This document shows, one piece after another, positions 13,290-26,589 of a stretch of 64,000 nucleotides of DNA (positions within the stretch are counted from its first letter, which is position 1; the number at the start of each line of letters is the position of its first letter). The stretch is taken from contig CM052817.1 of assembly GCA_028534125.1 (NCBI GenBank), forward strand, positions 30,816,001 to 30,880,000. Reading direction: 5' to 3'. Under the pieces are notes generated by a model, which made no database searches, was not told the origin of the DNA, and was given only the letters and a program-made list of their open reading frames with translations. This DNA comes from Lama glama (Eukaryota). The translations under genes and the position numbers were made by a program.

Positions 13290-14221
13290 GGTCAATTAGT
13301 CCAGGGTCTACAGGAGCCTCTTGTCTAGTGGAGTAAATTTCCATGACATACACAGAGATCTACAAGACTTTCAAGAATTTTATGAGTAGAAACGACACCA
13401 GCTTGGACTAAAAGGTATAGTGAGAGGACAAAATGACAGAGGCTCCCAAAATTCTAAGGTGAGATACAAGCTGATACTCAAATGGAACCACATGCTACTT
13501 TTCATCATAACAGAAGGATGATTCTGGGTCTGGGCTTTGGGTTCAGATTTGTGGAACCTGGAGCCACTGAGGATTATTTCCAGGCTTTAAAATATAGTGG
13601 AATTTTCCTGGTTGTATTTCTAAATTCCTTAGGGCCAGTGACTCCTTGTTTCTTTCCATTTTCTCTCTTTTTGAATGAAAATATTTATTACTGGTTTCTT
13701 ATGAATGTCCCACCACTGTATCTTGGGAGCAAGAAAACATATTTCCTTGTTTCACAGGTCTACAGACAGAGAGAATTTCTTGTCAAAGATGGATCATAAC
13801 TAATTGAGACAATTTGGATGATTAGATGATGAACTTTTTTCTTTAATTGAAACATAGTCAGTTTACAATGTGTCAATTTATGGTGTACAGCATGTTTCAG
13901 TCATATATACATACATATATTCATTTTCATACTCTTTTTCATTCTAGGTTACTATAAAATATTTCTGAATATAGTTCCCTGTGCTATGCAGAAGAAACTT
14001 GTTGTTTATCTATTTTATATATAGTAGTTTATATCTGCAAATTTTGAACTCCCAATTTATCCCTTCCTACCCAAATGATAAACTTTTGAGTAGATGAGAC
14101 CCCAGTGAAATTCTGGACTGAGTTAATGCTGAAATGGTTTGAGACTTTTGGAGAACTTGAGATGGAGTAATGCATTTTACCTCTGGAATGAACATAAATC
14201 TTTGTGGATGAGAGGGCATGC
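13290..14221 (+). mobile_element. MaLR internal sequence (MLT1-int 3' part) interrupted by L1
   Basis: gaggattatttccaggctttaaaat...aatgtcccaccactgtatcttggg...gttaatgctgaaatgg, purine tract directly before the LTR. Confidence 0.7.
13839..14072 (-). mobile_element. Short L1 3' end
   Basis: Same 3'UTR type as the 11328 element; TSD agatgatgaactttt (13824-13838) / aaatgataaactttt (14073-14087). Confidence 0.88.
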
Positions 14222-14707
14222 TGGGGTAGACTGAATGATGCCCCTCCAAAGATGTCCATGTTCTAATTCCCAGAACCTGTGAATAGGTTACTTTATATGG
14301 CAAAAGGAATTTGTAAATGTAATTAAGTTAACAACCTTGAAGCGGGAGATTATTCTGGATTATTCAGTGGCTCCAATGCAACACATGGGTCCTTATAAGA
14401 GGGAGGCAAGAAGGTCAGAATCAGAGTGCTGAAGCATAAGAAAGTCTCAACCAGCCATCGTTGGCTTTGAAGATAGAAGGTGGTCATTAGCCAAGGGTTG
14501 TGGGTGGCCTCTAGAAACTGGAAAAGACAAGGAAACAGATTGTCATCTAGAAACAAGAAGATCACAGCCCTTATAACACCTTGATTTTAGCTTTTAAGAC
14601 CCAGTTTCAGATTTCAGACCTCCAGGACTATAAAATATTAAAATTTTGCAGTTTTAAGCCACCACATTTTTGGTAATTTGTTACAGGAGCAATAGAAAAC
14701 TAATATA
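14222..14707 (+). mobile_element. MaLR LTR (MLT1D-like)
   Basis: ccaaagatgtccatgttctaattcccagaacctgtgaat...ttttaagccac...gtaatttgttacag..gcaatagaaaactaatata. Confidence 0.88.
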
Positions 14708-14889
14708 GGTAGAAATTGGCATTAAAAGAAAGAAGCACCTATTTTTCCAGATTTCTGAATGGACAAGAGGAATGGGCATGACAGGAAGAGAACAACACAC
14801 TTATCATGAGACAGTGCAATTTAAGCAAGTTTTGTTTAATGAAACGTGGCAATGTCAACAGCCATTGGACATCATCTGAAGTATAGTAG

Positions 14890-16240
14890 GTAAGACTATT
14901 AGTTCTGGAGTTAGAAAGTGCTGACTGTGAATTTCAGCTTGGCCATACTCTTCCTTTTGGTAGCCCAAGTTTGCTCATTTAAATAGGGATATGAATTTTT
15001 ACTTTATGACATCAATGCATTGATGAACTGAGAAAATTCTGCAAATAATTTAGCATGGGTCTGGTTCATAGAAATCACTATTAGAATCAACCTTTGTATT
15101 CAATCATTCAGCAAATTAACTTAGTGCATATTTTAATCTCAGTCACTGCCACATGCTGATGATAAAGCAGGGTTCAAAAGATACAAAAATCCCTGTCTTT
15201 GGGTCATTTATATTCTATTGGAAGTATTACGTATTTAACTAGATAAGAAAACAGAAGTATTTTGTATAATACATAGGAAAAGTGTTCAGGAGAAATATAG
15301 AGAAAGGGAAATTGATGGTAGCTGGAAGCATGCTTATTTGCAAATGGCAATAAACCAATACTGAAGGAAGAGCAGATGATGCAGGAGAAAGAAGGCAGTA
15401 GTGCCTTGTTTTAGGTGAGGAGAACCAGGATCCATGCACAAGTCTTAGGTAGCTGACACATATAGCTCATCTGCAGTTAGGAGATAAGATAAAGTCTATG
15501 GAACAGAAGCAGGTGGGAAGGGGTTCATGATCTGAGAGTGTGTGCAAGTTCTCTTCCGATGGCTTCTAGTTTCTAGGTGAATAGGTAGGTATGTCATCAG
15601 CTGAGAGTAGGAACTGGAGGGAGATGTTCAATGTCAGGAGAATAAGCCAGAAGGAAGAAAGAGTCATCCAGAAAAAGTGGAAGGTACCTAGACAAGGTAA
15701 AGGAGGATTGATCGGGCAGCAAAACTAAGTGCATTCTGTCATTACGAATTTAAAGGAGATTGATCAGTTTGGTCACTGCTTTCCTCTATCCATTTTCCAC
15801 TACATAGTTGGATGCAAGGTTGGCAGATATAAAGATTTAACCAAGGCTATACTTTAGCCAATGTAATGCAACAAAGAGAGAGATTGGTAAGAGAATTTGA
15901 GATGTAGTGAAGGGGTGGTTGTAGTGACTGAGCTTAAAATTAAACTGGGCACAATAGGAAGGGAGCATGTATGGGTGAAAAAACATACTGAAAAGGTGGT
16001 AGGATCACTGCATTGTTGCCCTGGTGGGCTCAAAGACTTGTTGGAATTAAGGTACAAGAAGGAGCAAATTGAAATATAGGAGGAGGCACCTGGAGAGTGT
16101 TATGTTTGCTTTTGAAATGGAGTTATTGATCGTGACAGTCAAGAGTGGCTGGGACAGGGCAAATGACAAGATAATTGGTGAAGAGATCCAGGATCTGAGA
16201 GACCGTAACATTGGATAGATCCCCCCATTGTACTTAAGGA
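14890..16240. mobile_element. MIR followed by degraded minus-strand L2 fragments
   Basis: attcaatcattcagcaaatt L2 tail near 15100; gtcatcagctgagagt L2 ORF-like motif; approximate. Confidence 0.5.
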
Positions 16241-19012
16241 AGATGGAATTTGGAGTTTTGCTTAGAAAGGGGTTATCCATCATAGTATAGTTTTCTGTTT
16301 TTGTTTTTAGTAAAGTCACTCAACACTCCATAGCAAAATGGCTTGTCTTTGACACACTTCATTTACAATTACTATAGCCAAAAACCAAAACAGATTTGTA
16401 TATATGTATACCTTACGTTATGGGAATGACTGCTGGATGAATACCGTTAATAATAAAGGTGTCACCCTTGGATTCAAAAGCTCTTTCCAAACAACTGAAT
16501 CCTCAGAGCTTTGCACAATGCCATGAAATAGTTATTCAATGAATATGTATTATTTTAATAAAGAGTATATGACATACTTAAAGTCACAACTTCAGCTGAT
16601 TTTATCTAATGTTAACCACATCTTTAGAAAAGCATCTCCAGTACTTTAATTTAACATAAATACTTTGCTTAATATAATGCATGCACTTAATTTCTCCCTG
16701 TTACCTGCATTTCAAGCAGCCAGACTGGTTAATAATGTATTAGCCAGCTAGTGCAGCCATTATCCAGTTTTACAATTTTAAAAGAGCACAGTAATTAGAC
16801 ATGCTACATGTCAACAAATATAGATTACTGATATTTAATTGGAGATATGTTTCTCTTAAACATTGGATTTTATAGCTAGTAATTCTTTTTAAAATATGTC
16901 TGAAGTCACCTGCTCTAAACCAAACAATGTCTTTTAAATATGCTAAGTTGTCTGAAACTGAAATTATGAAAAGTTTTTAAAGCATAAGAAAATATGGAAT
17001 AATAAAGGAAACAATCTCATAGAGCCCATTATCTTGTACTTTCGAGTGGAATTTACCAAAGAGCCAATACAAAAATTTTTTATAAGCTGTTAAAGTTGAA
17101 TGAGAAATTTCACCTGCAAAAAATGTAAAGCTAAGTCTGCTTCTGGACTCTCACTGCTTTTGAAGGCAAAGTTTACAACATGCCTACCTAGACCTACTGC
17201 CTCTGTGGATTGAAAAGTGGACACTTTTTAATGCAGAGCCAGGGAAAGACCATTTATTCTTTGTCATTTTTTCCTATAGAATGGAATGATGAGTAAAATA
17301 AGACTCCTGTCTATGGTTACCTATTAGGAAAAGGTAGTGGAAACACCAGTGTTTTCACACAGGCGGATTCCACCATATTGGAAATGTGCTGTTTCTTAAG
17401 CTGAGTCATGTGTATAAATGTTTTATTATTATGCTTAAAATGTTTGGATTTGTTACAAATATTTTTAAATATATGAATTATTTTATAAATAAAAATTATA
17501 AAAAATAAAAATAATCTAGCTAAAACTTAATAGATCATGGATCAAAGAGGAAAAATGCTAACCCAAAATAGCATATATACTTATTTTTGGTGGCATATAA
17601 TACTTGCCTTCCATCCTGTCTGTTCCAATCTTTTGGAAGAGTTTAAGCATCTTCTGCTTCATCCTGTTGTAGATTAACTGGCGTAGAAGAGTATCCCTGC
17701 AGCCTCGAAGGAATCAGTGAGTGTCCCCCCATCCTAATCCAACATGTAATGCCCTCCACAAGAAATGCTCTGTCTCTAGTCTCTCCATCCTCAACACCCC
17801 GAGTTTAAACTAGGTGCTGGAGATCTTGGCCCAGCCTTCATTCACCCAATAAGTATTTTTCGAAAATCTTATATGGATAAGGAACCCTAAGTTTTGAGAT
17901 CCCTTCCATCCTATGTGAATAATCTGCTTTGGGTTTTATGAGTACATAAACTGTTTTAGTAACCAACTGGTTCCTACGGAGAAACAAGATAATTAGAATA
18001 CATTCAGAGAACAGAGCTAGTGACAGGAAAAATAATCACAGAATTGACAGGCTGTCTCAGACAGGTCATTTCCTTTGTATGGCGCCAGCGTTTAATTTCC
18101 AAAGAGCAGTCTCCCCAGCCTTCTTAACCAGTGTGAGTAATAACTCTCCCCCAGTAATGGAAAAATCCTGTCTTAGAACTCTCAGGAATTCTCAGTGCTT
18201 TATCAACCCTGGTTCCTCTGAACTGGCCACTTTGCAAAAAGAGAAGCAGACACTGGCCGGCTGGTTGGGTGTCTGCCCATGTGAGCAGGACAAGCCCGGA
18301 GTGTCCATCAGCACCAGTGTCAAGGTGTCAAGGGCCCAGAGGACAGTTGCCGCGCTCAGTCCCCCTCTAATGGGACACATGTCACGGGTCTATGAAGTGG
18401 GCACACAAAGCTTGGAACAGAAAAGAAATGAGACCTCTTCTGTGTCCACCTCCCATGTGGATACCCTGTAGGCAGACTTTCCTGAAGAAAAATGCTGGTC
18501 CTGCAGGCTTTTAAGTATGTCATCTATAGCCACTCCTTGGAAGACTATGTAGTTTAAGAAACTAAACTATTCCAAGCACTTCTAACTATGGAGAAATTAT
18601 TTTCTCTGCCTCCCCACCCCAGGGCATTTCATGACTCTAAAAATCTACCTCCTGCCCTCCCACTCCAGGAAGCAGTTTCCTTCCTACTTGTTTCCAACTT
18701 GTAAGGAGTTGTTCGACGTGTAAGATGTTTTGATCCACTGGTCAAATGCCACTAACCGTCTCTCCCTACATCAGAGCAGGGCAGCCTATGATCTTTACCA
18801 TTTCAGTCAGTTATTAAGCTTCTCCCTCCCCACACCCACTTCTGAGTACGCAGACACATCATGCGAGGATGATGGGGTCAGGGCAGAAGGGTGAGGAGGA
18901 ATTTTTGAAGCACGTGAAAAGAGGGAGATGTAAAGAAATGACAGTGCCTGTTTCAGCTGTTAACAACCGTCATTCCTTCCTCTCAGTGAGTGATTTAACA
19001 CAGAGGTGCCCC

Positions 19013-19029
19013 GGTTGCCGGTGGCAACC
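19013..19029. promoter_or_regulatory. RFX X-box-like palindrome GGTTGCC-GGT-GGCAACC
   Basis: 7-bp perfect inverted repeat matching GTNRCC-N(0-3)-RGYAAC. Confidence 0.5.
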
Positions 19030-20340
19030 CTCCTTTGTGACACACTGACAGTACCCAGCGTATCTTCCCTCCCTGGTCCCCTGGGCACAACACCAGATTG
19101 CCATGCATATTGATTTCTCTCTCAGCCCATGGAGAATCACAGCTGCCCCCTCAGAGCGTAGGTTGGAGGCAAAACCTCACTCCCAAGCAGGACAAATGTA
19201 TGCTCACAGCACTACTCTTGGAACCACTTCATGCTGCTCTGAGCCTTTTCCATTTGCTCCTTCTGGGGTTAAGAAAATGAAAGCAAGGACCTCAGAGGAC
19301 CTTAGACAGGTCTGAAGAATAAAAACAAAAACAACTAGGTTAAAACTAGCTCAATGATTTCTCTGCACTTCGCCCTCTCCTCTTGAAACCATGGCTGTGG
19401 ATGCTGAGAAAGAGAAAATTGAGTCTGGATTTGAGGTTCAAAGGCAGCAGACGCATCTAAATTAAAGTGGTAAATCATTGTGGTCTCCTTTATGAGGGCA
19501 TTAAGTTATCAAAGCTGGATGCTTACATAATTAGTGTTGTAACACGTCGGGCCTGGATTTGTGGTTACGTGCTTGGCACACACGTGGTCTCGTGTTCTCT
19601 GCTCACAACTGGCTGCATGTTGTGATTTCGCTGTCTGATTTTGAAGATCAAAATCAGAAGCACAGGAAGGACATACGGAGACAAACAGCAAAGATTAGAC
19701 AAATGCTTTAGCATTTCCAGGTCTACTGAGTCACAGTGATGCTTGGACCAGAGACCACAGGTCAAATATTTAAAATTGTTTAGGTGGTTTTAATCCCCAA
19801 TTAAAAGGAATCTTGAGAGGCTAATTCTCACTTTCCTCCCATAAGAAGTTCCCAAGTATACCCATCAAGAAAATTGTCATCTAATCAAAGACCGCTAATC
19901 AGACCCTTCACTCGGGCTTTAATCTGTTGATAAATAACAGCCTCAGACATAAGCAAAGTAAATGAACACCTGATGGTTTCAGGGGCAGCTTCTCTGCATT
20001 TCCTCTCCTTACCGTTTTATGTGCACACAGACACGTGTGTACGCACACTCAGGCACACAAAGGCAGTCTTAGTCTGCTGGGGTCTGAAATCCGTGCAGTG
20101 ATAGACTCTATTTTTAATTCCAAAGCTTAACTTCCAAATACTCTTGAGAGAGAGAGTGCCAATTTACACTGACCAATACCAGATTTTCATGAGAATAGTT
20201 TTATAAAAAGAAGGCATGAAGACTATAACCGGATGGAGAGAAAACGTGGCAGAGAAGATAAAAGCTGTCTATTTCCCCATTCTCTAAGACGTATCCAGCT
20301 CAAAGCACTGTGATTGAGTCACATGTCTAGATTTGGTTTT

Positions 20341-20485
20341 GTTTTTTGTCCTTGTTGTTTTGTTTTGTTTTGGGGGAGGGAGGTAATTAGACTTATTTAT
20401 GTATCTTTTTTTTTCCCAGTGGAGGTACTGGGGATTGAACCCAGGACCTTGTGCGTGCTTAGCTACACTGAGCTACACCCTCCCC
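20341..20485 (-). mobile_element. tRNA-derived SINE (camelid Vic-type)
   Basis: ggaggtactggggattgaacccaggacc (B-box, antisense); perfect 14-bp TSD ctagatttggtttt at 20327-20340 and 20486-20499. Confidence 0.92.
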
Positions 20486-21669
20486 CTAGATTTGGTTTTT
20501 GCCATTTTCATAAAACATGCTGGCTTGTAAGAATTATAAGACATCTTTTGATGTCTAAGTATTAAATTTTTCCATAACTTTTTTCCTTTAACAATTTTGT
20601 CCAAAGCAAACACTTGAACATATCTTGATTTCACTTCAAATTTTAAAAAGCAATCCAATTTAAGGTTTGTTTATGTGGGTTCTGAAATATCTTCTAAAGT
20701 CCTATAAAAATGCCTTGTAGGGAGGACTCTGGAGGTCACGCTGTTACATTTTGGTATCACAGCCTCAAAATTTTTCCAATTCCAGTTACCATTTAGAACA
20801 GAGGCTAGCAGTTTGCTTTGTTCATTATCGCGCAACCCCTCCTTTCTTTTTGGGCTTCTACAGTTATTGAGTCAAGGAAGAACAATGCAAGAGAAGAAAA
20901 CATCTTCCATGTAGTGCTAAGCCAAGCCCTTTTCAAGGAGTCCTTTAAGGGAAGTTTGCTAAATATAAGGTATGGGGAGGAGTTGAGTGATTTTACTGAT
21001 TTGGTCAGAGGTGTGTTTACCATTCCCCAGTTTTTTGCTCATCTTATCTGTGAGTGCTTAAAAAGACTAGCAGAGTGTATTCCCAGAGCTAGCTAAGATC
21101 TTATAGGCTTAACTACAAAAGAACCATGGGGATTTTTCTTAATAAAACACCTCACATATGAGTGTTAGGATCACAGGATTAAAACAACAACAACACTGAA
21201 TGTCTTAAAATCATGACTTGACCTCAAAGGCTCTAGGCCTTCCCTTTGTTAGGATGGGACTTGTCATCCTTTTTATTCAGACACTCCGATGGGAAAACAT
21301 AGTTAAGAAGGAAGGATCCGTTAACCTGGCAGAGGTGAAAGAGATGAGGTGAAAATGCTTGGTGCTATGTTTTTGTCCATTGTTGTAAAATTCACGGACG
21401 CTTTAAATCCTGTCACATTCTATAAATAATTCTAGTAAAGAGTGCCAAGGGTAGAAATGGATTTCTCTACATGGGAGCTGGATGGCATTTGATGTCCTTA
21501 AATACACAGTGATCTCACGCCTCTTTCAAAGATATATCGAGTCCTGTTCAGCTTTCACAACTGTGTCTGAAGACAGTGGTCAATACAACATCTAAAATAC
21601 ATTTGTTTATTTAATCCTTCTTTTCAAGTGGAATGAATATTATCTCTGAGAAACAAAACAACTAACACT

Positions 21670-21880
21670 GATTTTACTGCTTACCACGTATAAAGCGTGT
21701 GAGTTTCATGACTTCAGTGAAACTTCCCAACACCCAAGATCTAGGTTTTATCATTTTTCTCATTTGACTGAGGAACCCCAAGGATGAATGAGGTAACGTA
21801 TCCGAAGTCACAGAGCTAGTAAAGAGCAGAGAGTGTATGACCCACACAGTCTAGCTCACAACCAGTCGCACAAACATTTT
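21670..21880 (-). mobile_element. MIR
   Basis: aagtcacagagctagtaa motif and flanks; approximate. Confidence 0.55.
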
Positions 21881-23087
21881 AACACAGGGCCAAACAGTCC
21901 ACATTTCAGTACACTGAGAGAATAGATTTCATTTTATTCAATTATAACTTCAATAGATGTATTTCCCAGATTACACCAGAAAAAAAAAGTTTTCTGAATT
22001 TAAAATCCTATTCAGAAGCCTAAAAGCCAATAAGCTGCCATGATAATGTCTTCTGTGATTTTCCATCTTCCGAGCAATCTCTGCTACTTTGAGATGAATT
22101 CAAATCTATCTCCATCTTGACTGGGAAGGAAGGAACAAGATTTTTGTAAAGAGATGATTAGAATTCACTAGAGCACCCCAATGTCTTTGATAGGACGTGC
22201 CCAAACTCGTAGCATCATGACAACTTGCACAAACCCTACGTGTAAGTTTAGCTCATTTATCCACCCAGGCAGTCCATTAACTTGATGTTAATGTGGCATC
22301 ACACTTAACCTGTGCTTCGCATGTCTCTGTTCTTTAAAATGTCAACTTCTGATTTTGTTTACTTATTAATATGTGAACTCTGATTAGGTAGGAAGAGAAG
22401 ACTATGCCAAGATAATGATCCTCCCAAAGCTAACCCCTGTCATTTACTTTTGCCATACTGTTCTTTCTGCATCTTACACCAGTGAGAAAAGCCAGTGAAT
22501 CAGAAATGACTTCTTTATTGAAACCGGTTTTCAGAAAACTATCATGCAATTGGATGTAGCTTCCACAATTCTCATACTCTGAATTCCTTTCAGATTCCAT
22601 ACACGACTGACTAAAGTTAGCTGGAAGTCCACCTTTGTTTTATAAAATCTGGAGATTGCAGGTACTGAAAGTATTAAGCTGATGTTTTGATCCAGTGATT
22701 ACAAATGTGCAGCCTTTTCACATTAAGAAAGCATTCACGGCAGCCTGTTATACACTCTGGTTTAGAAGGGCCTTCTCCTCACCTACTTGGCCAGTTATTC
22801 AACTACATTTATGCTGGTTTCCACTTTATGTCACAGCTCTGTAGCACATGGAACTCCACCTCATTTCAGCTCCAAAGGTACCCAGGTAAAGGACGATTAT
22901 ATATTTAATCTAGAGAAGGCATTCAGTCTTAGAAGATACGGTGCAATGGGATGTGGTCTTTAGATACTTCTCCTGGCTATGACTTCTTCAATGACCTTCG
23001 TAGAATTACTTAACACTTAATCTATTATGTCTACGGATTTGCTTAGTGTAATTGAATAATGATTATAAAAATGGATTGTTCTGGTTT

Positions 23088-23925
23088 GTACACCAATATT
23101 CATAGTAATATTATTCACAGTATCCAAAAGGCAAAAACAACCCACATGTCCATCAACATATCAATGGATAAACAAAATGTGGCACACACATACAATGGAA
23201 TATTATTCAGTCATAGAAAGGAATGAAGTCTTTATGCATGCTACAACATTATGAGCCTTGAAATCATTATGCCAAATAAAATAACCCAGGCACAAAAGGA
23301 TCAATATTGTATAATTCCAATTGTATGAAATATCTAGATTAGGCAAATTCATAGAGATAGAAAATAGATTAGAGGTTACTAGGAGCTGAGGAGAGTGAGG
23401 AATACAGAGGTAATGCTTAAATGAGTACAGAGTTTCTGTTTGGGATTATTTAAAAATTTTGGAAAAAATAGGGAGACGGTTGTACAACATTATGAATACA
23501 ATTAATGTCACTGAAGTATATACTTTAAAGGCTCAAATGGCAATTTTATGTTATATACTATCTCACCATAAGTTTTTGAGTTGAAGTTTGTATTAATTTA
23601 CATTCAACATTTCCTTTTTAATAATACATTTTTGTAAGAATGCAAGTTATTTCTGAGTATAGCTCTCTGTCTAAAACTTATATAGAAAAAAACATTTTAA
23701 AAGACAACCAAAATGACTGCAATATTTATGGCTAACCTTCCTCGTCTCTTTCCTGATAGAGTAGGAAACGTTTTAATATTCATCATGAAATTGTTTATTC
23801 TTATCATAATTTTTAAAATTAATAATGTCATATGCTAAACACTAATTGAATTGTACACTTAAATAAATGAATTAAATGGTATATATATAATAGCTCAATA
23901 AACCTATTTAAGAAAATAAAAAAAT
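23088..23925 (+). mobile_element. L1MB-type 3' end, interrupted at 23578-23798
   Basis: atggataaacaaaatgtgg...ggcaaattcatagagatagaaaatagattagaggttact...ctcaataaa. Confidence 0.85.
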
Positions 23926-25769
23926 ATTGTTCTGAGGTTCAGGTGAATATCAGCAACTAAAGGATGAGAAGGTGAGGAGATTTAGGGTCCACATGAAGAG
24001 GTTGTGTGGCACCTGAGTGAGAGCTGACACTGTCATAAGACCATGAATTGCTCACGTTTGCTTCCAGCTCTTGTGGCATTTTCGTTTCTGCCCCGGAGAT
24101 GGATTCATTCTGGGAAGACAGTCATGACCCAAGGACCTAAGATGCACTACTGTGCTAAACTCCTGGTATTACCCATGTTACAAGTTATTAAGAATTGAGG
24201 AACTGGCTCAATATTGGCGCCTCCCGTCTTCTCTGAGGTAACTGTGCTAAAGTCAAGGGTAATGTTGCTCCCACTTGCCTGCCTGTCACTTCAGTGACTC
24301 AGACATCACTTCAGACCGCGGACAGGGTTGACCATACATCAGAACCTTGACAGCATTAGTTATTAGATTATTTATAGACCTTTCCATTCCCCCCTTAACT
24401 GAAATGTCCCTGGATACTTCATAACCTAAAAGCTTCAACTATTTTCTTTTCACCAAAGAAAGAAGAAGTCCAGAGCTATTAAATCTAATCTCACATTTCA
24501 CAAATTTGGACTCAAATTTGATTCTATATCCCAATTTGCTCAATATTCCATTGTTTCTAAGTGAACCACACCTCCTGACACTCCCTTTGTTATTCTATTT
24601 CTATGCCGTGTTAATTACCATAATACCATCATAGTATTTATCATATTGCGCAATTTGGGGGCATATTTGTCAGTCTCCCCTAGTAAACTGTGAACTTCAC
24701 AATGGCAGGGACCATGTGCTCTTTATCTTCTTACTTCAACCAGAGTATCGGACCTATCCTAAATGCACAAAAAAGTGTTAGCCAAATGAAACAATGAATA
24801 AGAAATGCATCTGCAAATAAATGGCATTGAAAAATCCCAGTAAATAAAATAAGTTTTTTACTAACTAAAAAAAAGGCACTTCAGTGAAAAAAATGTTGAA
24901 TTTTGTGACTAGTAGGGTATTTAGTGAACCAGTCATCAATTACATGTGTAGAGATGTACGTAACGCTTTCCTGGCACCTGTCAAAGCCTCTGTAGCTAGA
25001 AATATCCCTTCCTTACTGGTTGTGTACATAAATTTATACTCCAAAAGCTGCAGTCTTATTAAAGAAGAGCAAGGCATTGTCTTTCAAAACAAGCATAATT
25101 CCCTGCTGGTGGTATAACAGAAATGGATCAAAGTCTGGCTAACTACTTTTTTCCAGGTTCATAATGCTCTCTGTTTACATTACTCATTTCAACTATTAAC
25201 TCAACTGATGAGCCATTCACTATAAACCAGGAAGGGAGGAATGCAGAACTCCCAACAGAATGCTTCTTCATGGTAGGATCCTGTCATTCTTGCCTAGGAA
25301 ATATTGTGTATTAAATATGTGCTTCAGATTTTTAGCCCACTTGATTCCAATAGAAAATCTACATACATTACTTAACCTTACAGTTTAAACACTCACTAAA
25401 GCCAAGAGCTGAGATATACACAGAGGCCGTAATACATCAATGAAACAAAACTGGGATGTACTTATAGAATGACAAATTATCCACATTAAATTTGATAGCG
25501 GAAGGGGAGTCTCCCAGGGATCTACAGATTTTTGATTTCATATGAGCATTTGTTTGATTCTCATGTCTGGCTGTTCCATTTAAGGTAACTATTTTTACAT
25601 CGTGACATTTCCCCTGTATTATTTTTGTTCTGATATTTTGAATAGGACTACCAGGTACTATTAAAAGCTGTTAATTTCAGCTCCTGAATAGATAACATTT
25701 AGTGGAGAGAATAGTGATGTTTATTGTATTAATAGTGATTTATACATATAGTTTAACTTAAGATGTTGC

Positions 25770-26090
25770 TTATTCACTCACGATGGATTTATTAAATATT
25801 TTTTGAGACTTTACTATGAACCAGACACCACGTTAGGTGTTAAGGATCACAAAGATAATGAGCCTTGTTTTGTCCTGGGAGAACTCATAGTTTAGTGGTG
25901 AGAGTCAGATAAATTAATAGATATTTCCAATATCTGACTAGCAAAGATGGAGATAATCACAGGGGTTAATGGAACATTGAAGGTGGACACCTAACTCAGG
26001 CTATAAATCACGGATGGCTTCCAAGAGGAGGTGACAAGTAGGAATTAGGATAAAGAGACATTCTGGATAAAGAGACAGCATGTGACAAAC
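25770..26090 (-). mobile_element. L2 3' fragment
   Basis: tattcactca...ttactatgaaccagacac...ggcttccaagaggaggtgac. Confidence 0.65.
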
Positions 26091-26589
26091 CCAGAGACAT
26101 AAGCAACCATCCCCAGTGGCAGAATGCTGAGCCTTTTGGTCACTTACAAGGTTCTGAGCTTTAAAGCATTAGTTAACCAGCTGACGTTTTCCTTGCTTGG
26201 GTTCTTTCTGCCAACACCAGATTAACTTGCCCTTTCAAGCTTGTCCTGAGAATCTTAATCAGAACCCATTCTTTTGATTTGGATCTGGGCCTAATATGAG
26301 CTTATGACATCTTTACCTATTCACTCTAGCTCAGCTATCTATTCTAGGTGACTGTCCAAGTCAGTGGAGCCCCACAGTATGGAGCATGTAAAATCTTCTC
26401 CACTAACAGTTCTATGTTACTTTATAACTTTAAAATGTCTTCACAGCTATCTTGTCTGTTAGGTATTAATTTGTAATACCCACTTTTACAAGTTAAGAAA
26501 AACTTACAGAGATTTCTGACAGAAAACAGATGGCACACGCAAACTGGGTAAATAAGGATAGTTTAGTATAAGGACTGCTTATAAAGTGT

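Noticed and set aside
18079..18471. 130-aa ATG ORF
   Set aside because: No recognisable homology or convincing exon structure; better explained as a chance ORF in a GC-richer region
25205..25240. CTGATGA hammerhead-core-like motif (also near 39908 and on the minus strand near 11133)
   Set aside because: No convincing stem II followed by GAAA with flanking helices
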